Assembly (NCBI GenBank): GCA_965204735.1
Contig: OZ242008.1
Coordinates: 1,376,001-1,440,000 of the forward strand
Source of the DNA: Longimicrobiales bacterium
GTDB taxonomy: Bacteria; Gemmatimonadota; Gemmatimonadetes; Longimicrobiales; Gaopeijiaceae
Length of the DNA: 64,000 nucleotides
Direction of reading: 5' to 3'
Shown: in pieces, positions 56,813 to 64,000 of the stretch
How positions within the stretch are numbered: the stretch's first letter is position 1
How the letters are laid out: every line of letters starts with the position of its first letter
Translations under genes and position numbers: made by a program
The notes under the pieces: model-generated
Database searches by the model: none
What the model was told of the DNA's origin: nothing
Seen by the model: only the letters and a program-made list of their open reading frames with translations

Positions 56813-57771
56813 GCGCGGCTCGCCGCGTCCTCGAACGCCGGCGGCTCGTACTCTTCCGGCGCCGTGCCCACCAGGCGCCGGAAGAGCTCTCGGTAGCGCT
56901 CCGAAGCGGCTTCGGCCACCTCGGCGGGCAGGGAGGGCGCGGCCGGCCGGCGCTCCCACCCCGACTGGGCGGCCAGCCACTCCCGCACGGGTTGCTTGTC
57001 CAACGACGGCTGGGGCCTGCCCGGCGCGTACTGCTCCGCCGGCCAGTAGCGGGACGAATCCGGGGTGAGCGCCTCGTCGATCAGGAGGAGAGTTCCGTCC
57101 GCCGCGAAGCCGAACTCGAACTTGGTGTCGGCCAAGACCAATCCGGCCTCGGCCGCCCTCGCCCGGCCTCGCTCGTAGAGGTCCAGGGAGCGCTTTCGCA
57201 GGCGGCGAGCGGTCTCGTCGCCCACCAGGCGGGCAACGTGGGCGAAGGTGATGTTTTGGTCGTGGCCCTCGCGCGCCTTGGTCGCCGGGGAGAAGACCGG
57301 GGGCGACAGCGCGGCGCTCTCCTCGAGTCCCCGCGCCAGGGGCTCGCCGGCCAGCGTTCCGGCTTCCCGATACTCCTTCCACGCCGAGCCCGCCAGCCAT
57401 CCGCGCACGACGCACTCCACGGGCGCCGGACGCGTCCTCCGCACCAAGCTGGCCCGGCCTTCCCACCGGTCGCGGCACGCCGCCAGCGCCGGCGCCGCCC
57501 GTTCGATCTCGTCGTCCCGAACCGAGAGCAGGTGGTGCGGCACGTGGCGGAGGGGGCCCGCGAGCCACCAGGCGGTCAGCATCGTGAGCGCCCGCCCCTT
57601 GCCGGGAACGGGACGGTCCAGCACGACGTCGAAGGCGCTCACCCGGTCGCTGGCGACCATGAGCAGCCGGTCGCCGGGAAGTTTGTACACCTCCCGGACC
57701 TTGCCCCGCGCAACGAGGGGCAGGGGAAGCAGGCTCGCCGGCGCCGGCGCCCGGATCGTTTCGGTCATCAC
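56809..57771 (-). CDS. purC: SAICAR synthetase
   Basis: GKVREVY, SDRVSAFD, ECVVRG.L.GS, PATK, ADTKFEFG, DE.LTPDSSR, DKQ..R. Confidence 0.95.
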   Translation of the reverse strand: MMTETIRAPAPASLLPLPLVARGKVREVYKLPGDRLLMVASDRVSAFDVVLDRPVPGKGRALTMLTAWWLAGPLRHVPHHLLSVRDDEIERAAPALAACRDRWEGRASLVRRTRPAPVECVVRGWLAGSAWKEYREAGTLAGEPLARGLEESAALSPPVFSPATKAREGHDQNITFAHVARLVGDETARRLRKRSLDLYERGRARAAEAGLVLADTKFEFGFAADGTLLLIDEALTPDSSRYWPAEQYAPGRPQPSLDKQPVREWLAAQSGWERRPAAPSLPAEVAEAASERYRELFRRLVGTAPEEYEPPAFEDAASRA

Positions 57772-57775
57772 GTCG

Positions 57776-59238
57776 TCACACCCTCACTTCCGCGCCGCCG
57801 GCCCGCGCCGCCTGCGCCCCGCGGCGCTTCAGCACGGGGGCCACATGCTCCGTCAGAAAGGCGTCCACCTGCTCCGGCGCCCGGCCCACCAGCCCCTCCG
57901 GCCGGGCCAGCGCCTCGAGCTCGGCCTCGTCGAGGGGGATGGCTTCGTCGTCGGCGATGCGGGCGAAGAGGCCGCCGTCGGCGCTCGTCCGGCCGTCGCT
58001 CGGGGCGCCGCCGTCCTCGGCGAGCCGGCGCGCGGCGTCCAAGGCGTGGCGACGGATGCGCTCGTGGAGCTCCTGCCGGTCGCCCCCCGACGCCGACGCC
58101 TCCATCAGAACCGACTCCATCGCCATGAACGGCAGGTGCCGGGCCAAGTTCGCGGCCACGACCTGCGGGTTGACCCGGAGTCCTTCGGCCACGTTGGCCG
58201 CCAGCACGAGGGCCGCGTCCGTCGCCATGTAGGCGTCGGGGACCGCCAGTCGCTTCGCGGCCGAGTCGTCGAGGCTCCGTTCCAGCCATTGCGTCGCCGC
58301 CGTGTGGGCTGGACTCGCCGCCAGCGCGATCACGTGCCGGGCCAGGGCGCAGATCCGCTCCGAACGCATGGGGTTGCGCTTGTAGGGCATTGCCGACGAG
58401 CCGACCTGATCCTTCTCGAAGGGCTCTTCCACCTCCCGCAGGTGAGCGAGCAGACGCACGTCGTGAGCCGCCTTGGACGCCGAAGCGGCCACCCCGGCCA
58501 AGCACGACAGGAAGGCGTGGTCCACCTTGCGCGGGTAGGTCTGGCCCGTGACCGGGTAGCACGAATCGAAGCCCATGCGGCGGCAGACGGCCCTTTCCAG
58601 CGCGTCCACCTTGGCGTGGTCGCCCTCGAAGAGCTGAAGGAACGACGCCTGGGTGCCGGTGGTTCCCCGCACGCCTCGCAGCTTCAGCGTTCCCAGCCGG
58701 TGCTCGACCTCTTCCAAGTCCAGCAGGAAGTCCTGCATCCAGAGGGTGGAGCGCTTGCCGACGGTGGTCGGCTGGGCCGGCTGGAAGTGGGTGTACGCGA
58801 GGGCTGGAAGGTCCCGGTGGGCGCCCGCGAAGCGCGCGAGGACCGCGACGACGGCCACCAGTCGGTCGCGCACCAGCGTCATCGCTTCCCGGTGCTGGAC
58901 CAAGTCGGCGTTGTCGCCCACGAAGGCGCTGGTGGCGCCCAGATGGAGAACGCCCCGGGCGGCGGGGGCCACGTCGCCGAAGAGGTGGACGTGGGCCATG
59001 ACGTCGTGACGGAAGCGACGCTCGTACTCGGCGGCTCGATCCAGGTCGATCTCGTCCACTCCCTCGCGCATCTGTCGGACCGCCTCGTCCGAAACGGGCG
59101 CTCCCAGCTCGCGCTGGGACTCGGCCAGCGCCAGCCACAGCCGGCGCCACGTTCCGAACCGGAACGCCGGCGAGAAGATCCGCTCCATCTCCTTCGAGAC
59201 GTAGCGGGCCGCCAGCGGATGGGCGTAGCGCTCGCCCT

Positions 59239-59242
<4 letters not shown>
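57776..59242 (-). CDS. purB: Adenylosuccinate lyase
   Basis: PL..RY.S.EM, RHDVMAH, H.GATS, TH.QPAQ.TT.GKR, GTTGTQAS, GSSAMPYKRNP..SE, Q.LERSLDDSA. Confidence 0.95.
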
Positions 59243-61548
<2,306 letters not shown>

Positions 61549-61646
61549 CCGGTGTTCCGAAGTGGGTTCGAGCGCAGTGCGGCCTACCGACGAATCTACT
61601 AGCTTTCCCGACCTCGCGACGACAGGGCGCACAGGAGGCGGCGGAG

Positions 61647-62795
61647 ATGACGAATCGGGCCGGTCCGAGGTCCCTGGACTCTGCGACCGCGGCGCCCCGC
61701 GCGCCCGCCGTCGAAGACTCCGCCGGCGCCGGCGCCCTGGTCCGCCACTTGGCGCGCGTCGCGAACGGGCGGGACCTGCCCAAGGCCGACGCCAAGGAGG
61801 CGTTCCGCCGCATCGTGTCCGGCAAGGCGTCGCCGGTCCGAACCGGGGCGCTGCTGGCGGCGATCGGCGCGAAGGGCGCGGCGGCTTCGGAGGTCGCCGG
61901 GGGCGTGGAGGCCCTGCGCGAGGCGATGGTGCCGCTGCCGACCACCGGCGCGGACGCCGACAAACTGGTGGACACCTGCGGCACGGGCGGCGGCGCGTCG
62001 ACCTTCAACATCTCCACGGCGGCCGCCCTGGTGGCCGCCGGCGGCGGCGTGCGGGTGGCCAAGCACGGCAACCGCTCCTTCACGTCCAGGTGCGGGAGCG
62101 CCGACGTGCTGGAAGCTTTGGGCGCGGTGGCCGACCTGCCGCCCGACTCCCTGGCCGAGGTGCTTGCCGAGAGTGGGATCGTCTTCATGTTCGCCCCCCG
62201 CTTCCATCCGGCCATGCGGCACGCCGCGCCCGTTCGCCGGGAGCTCGGAATCGCCACGATCATGAACCTGCTGGGCCCTCTGGCGAACCCGGCCGGGGCG
62301 CGGCGACAGGTGGTGGGCACGTCCGATCCGGCCTACGTGGGCCTGATCGTGCGCGCCCTGGCGGATCTGGGCCACGAACGGGCCCTCGTGGTCCACGGCG
62401 AGCCTGGGATGGACGAGGTCAGCCCGTGCGGTCCCACTCGGGTGGCCGAACTCGCCGCCGGGCTGGTCTCCGAGTACGAAGTGGCGCCGGGCGACCTGGG
62501 GATCGAGGCGGCGCCCGTGGAGGCGCTCAAGGGCGGCGACCCTGCCGAGAACGCCGCTGTCGTGCGGGCGGTGGTGGAGGGGCGGGAGCGGGGCGCCGCC
62601 CGCTCGGCCGTGCTGGCGAACGCTGCTGCCGCGTTCTACGTGGCCGGGAAGGCGGAGAGCTTGCGCCACGGAGTCGAGGCGGCGGCCCGTTCGATCGACT
62701 CGGGGGCAGCCGGGGCCGTGCTCCACGCCTTGGTCGCGGCGACCCGGCGCGCTGCACGCCAGCGACGGCCGGACACCTCGCCGCAACCCGGCTAG
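61647..62795 (+). CDS. trpD: Anthranilate phosphoribosyltransferase
   Basis: DTCGTGG, FNIST, AKHGNR..S..GSAD.LE, FAP.FHPAM, R.ELG..T.MN.LGP..NP, G.DE. Confidence 0.95.
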   Translation: MTNRAGPRSLDSATAAPRAPAVEDSAGAGALVRHLARVANGRDLPKADAKEAFRRIVSGKASPVRTGALLAAIGAKGAAASEVAGGVEALREAMVPLPTTGADADKLVDTCGTGGGASTFNISTAAALVAAGGGVRVAKHGNRSFTSRCGSADVLEALGAVADLPPDSLAEVLAESGIVFMFAPRFHPAMRHAAPVRRELGIATIMNLLGPLANPAGARRQVVGTSDPAYVGLIVRALADLGHERALVVHGEPGMDEVSPCGPTRVAELAAGLVSEYEVAPGDLGIEAAPVEALKGGDPAENAAVVRAVVEGRERGAARSAVLANAAAAFYVAGKAESLRHGVEAAARSIDSGAAGAVLHALVAATRRAARQRRPDTSPQPG

Positions 62796-62874
62796 TGGCA
62801 GCGGTGTGGTCCCGGTCGCCATTGTCCATTGCTCGGGAAGCGACGGCTTGGCGTCGTCGCCGTCCACTACTCCA

Positions 62875-63165
62875 CTACCGCCCCTCCGCGTCGCCGTTGC
62901 CGGCCACGGCCAGGAAGTCGTCGGCAGTGTCGCACTCCACGACCGCGTCCCCGACCCGCGCCAGCTGCTCGGCGCTCATGGAACGCACCCGCGCCTCCAG
63001 CCGTCGCGCCGTCTGGGCCCCGAACCGCCGCGAAGCCTGACGCAACAAGATCGCTCGGCCTTCCGCGCGCCCCTGCTCGAGCCCCCGTTCGAGCCCCTGC
63101 TCACGTCCCCGCTCGAGTCCCCGCTGCCGGTGGCCCTCCGCCCACTCCGCATAGGTCTGGCCCAT
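62875..63165 (-). CDS. Putative nested small protein (RpnS-like intragenic antitoxin), 96 aa
   Basis: In-frame internal ATG (MGQTYAEWAEG...) preceded by AAGGAGG at 8-nt spacing, immediately before the G.E.G repeat region. Confidence 0.65.
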   Translation of the reverse strand: MGQTYAEWAEGHRQRGLERGREQGLERGLEQGRAEGRAILLRQASRRFGAQTARRLEARVRSMSAEQLARVGDAVVECDTADDFLAVAGNGDAEGR

Positions 63166-63957
63166 CTCTTGCTCCTCCTTCGGTTGGATGATCTGCTCCA
63201 CGATGTCCTCACGTGCCTCCTCCGGCACCCCCACCACACGCAGCCGCTCGTCCGTCCAGTCCGCGAACGCCTGCCGCTCTGCAAGATAGTCCGGGCCGGC
63301 CCACTGCTCCGCCATGCTCTGGTGCACCGCCGGAAAGTTCGTCCACGGGTCCTCCTCCAGCGCCGCGACCCAGCCCAGCACGCTCTCCCTGGGAAGCAAC
63401 CCTTGCGCCAGCGCCGACCGCAAGTCAAGCAGCCCGTAGCCGTGAGTGGTCGCCAAGCCGGCGACCGCCTGTGCCACGACCGGCGACGGCTCCTGCCTGC
63501 CTGCCAGCCCGGCCAGCGTCGTCTCGGCCGTCCATGGCCTCGTGCCAGTGTAGACGACGAACGAGAGCACGAGGGGCATGGCGCCGTCGGGGTCGCGCTG
63601 CCGCTCGAGCGTGTGCAGCACCGTGTAGGCGGCCTCGGTGTAGCGCAGCGTCCTGAGGACCATGCCCGGATCGACGGAGGACTGGAACTCGAAGAGGAAG
63701 ACGGCCGATCGACCGTCCTTGAAGCGGACGCGCCAAGCGCAGTCGCAGAGCCGGCGCCGCAGGTCGGGGCCCACGGTCTCGGTGGGGAAGGGGTCGGCGG
63801 CCGGCACGTCGAACTCGTCGGCCCAGCCCATGGCCGCGAGGTCGCGGACGAGGGCCACGCCGCCGCCCGTCGTGTTGAAGAGGCGCTTGTAGCTCTGGTC
63901 GTGGCGGCGGCGTTCCGGCTTGGGGGGAGAGGGCGGTTCGTTGGTGGAGGGGTCCAT
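62875..63957 (-). CDS. Rpn/YhgA-like (Transposase_31, PD-(D/E)XK) nuclease with DUF4351-like C-terminus
   Basis: HD.SYK.LF, D..W.V, FEFQS..D..M.LR...Y, P.V...V.Y.G...W. C-terminal G.E.G repeats and 'LLRQ..RRFG......L'. Confidence 0.85.
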   Translation of the reverse strand: MDPSTNEPPSPPKPERRRHDQSYKRLFNTTGGGVALVRDLAAMGWADEFDVPAADPFPTETVGPDLRRRLCDCAWRVRFKDGRSAVFLFEFQSSVDPGMVLRTLRYTEAAYTVLHTLERQRDPDGAMPLVLSFVVYTGTRPWTAETTLAGLAGRQEPSPVVAQAVAGLATTHGYGLLDLRSALAQGLLPRESVLGWVAALEEDPWTNFPAVHQSMAEQWAGPDYLAERQAFADWTDERLRVVGVPEEAREDIVEQIIQPKEEQEMGQTYAEWAEGHRQRGLERGREQGLERGLEQGRAEGRAILLRQASRRFGAQTARRLEARVRSMSAEQLARVGDAVVECDTADDFLAVAGNGDAEGR

Positions 63958-64000
63958 GGCGGCGGCTCCAGTGCGTCCGAGACGAGAGGCGCTTCGGAGG

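Noticed and set aside
62875..64000. Rpn gene as an active IS transposase
   Set aside because: No terminal inverted repeats or target duplication seen; the family is a PD-(D/E)XK nuclease rather than a demonstrated transposase.

Overview
Very GC-rich bacterial chromosomal window of mostly housekeeping genes. Gene order and protein style suggest Gemmatimonadota (inference only). Left to right: (1) the 5' part of an SxtJ-like membrane gene running off the left edge; (2) a two-gene NAD-linked formate dehydrogenase (NuoE-NuoF fusion plus an alpha subunit with an in-frame TGA and SECIS-like hairpin, i.e. a selenoprotein that the ORF track splits in two), divergent from fdhD, a mobA-mobB fusion and an HGSNAT/NagX-like gene; (3) several exported or hypothetical proteins (DUF4097-like, DUF2911-like, TPR); (4) a dcw cluster from mraZ to ftsZ, without murB or ddl, preceded by a clear MraZ operator; (5) M23 peptidase, vWA-like membrane protein, ftsY, recG, a VNTR-containing coiled-coil protein, asnS, 2-hydroxyacid dehydrogenase, alr, cdd, lipoprotein, outer-membrane barrel, mtaB, miaB, a low-GC O-antigen-ligase-like gene and comEC; (6) a minus-strand operon of truA-htrA (one fused ORF), purB, purC, psd, pssA, purS, purQ, purL, purF; (7) trpD and an Rpn/YhgA-like nuclease with a strong internal start, a candidate intragenic antitoxin. 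The most notable items are the TruA-HtrA fusion, the Rpn gene-within-gene, selenocysteine recoding, a probable CTG start for purS, and many in-frame low-complexity insertions or duplications in core enzymes. No rRNA, tRNA or CRISPR array was seen.
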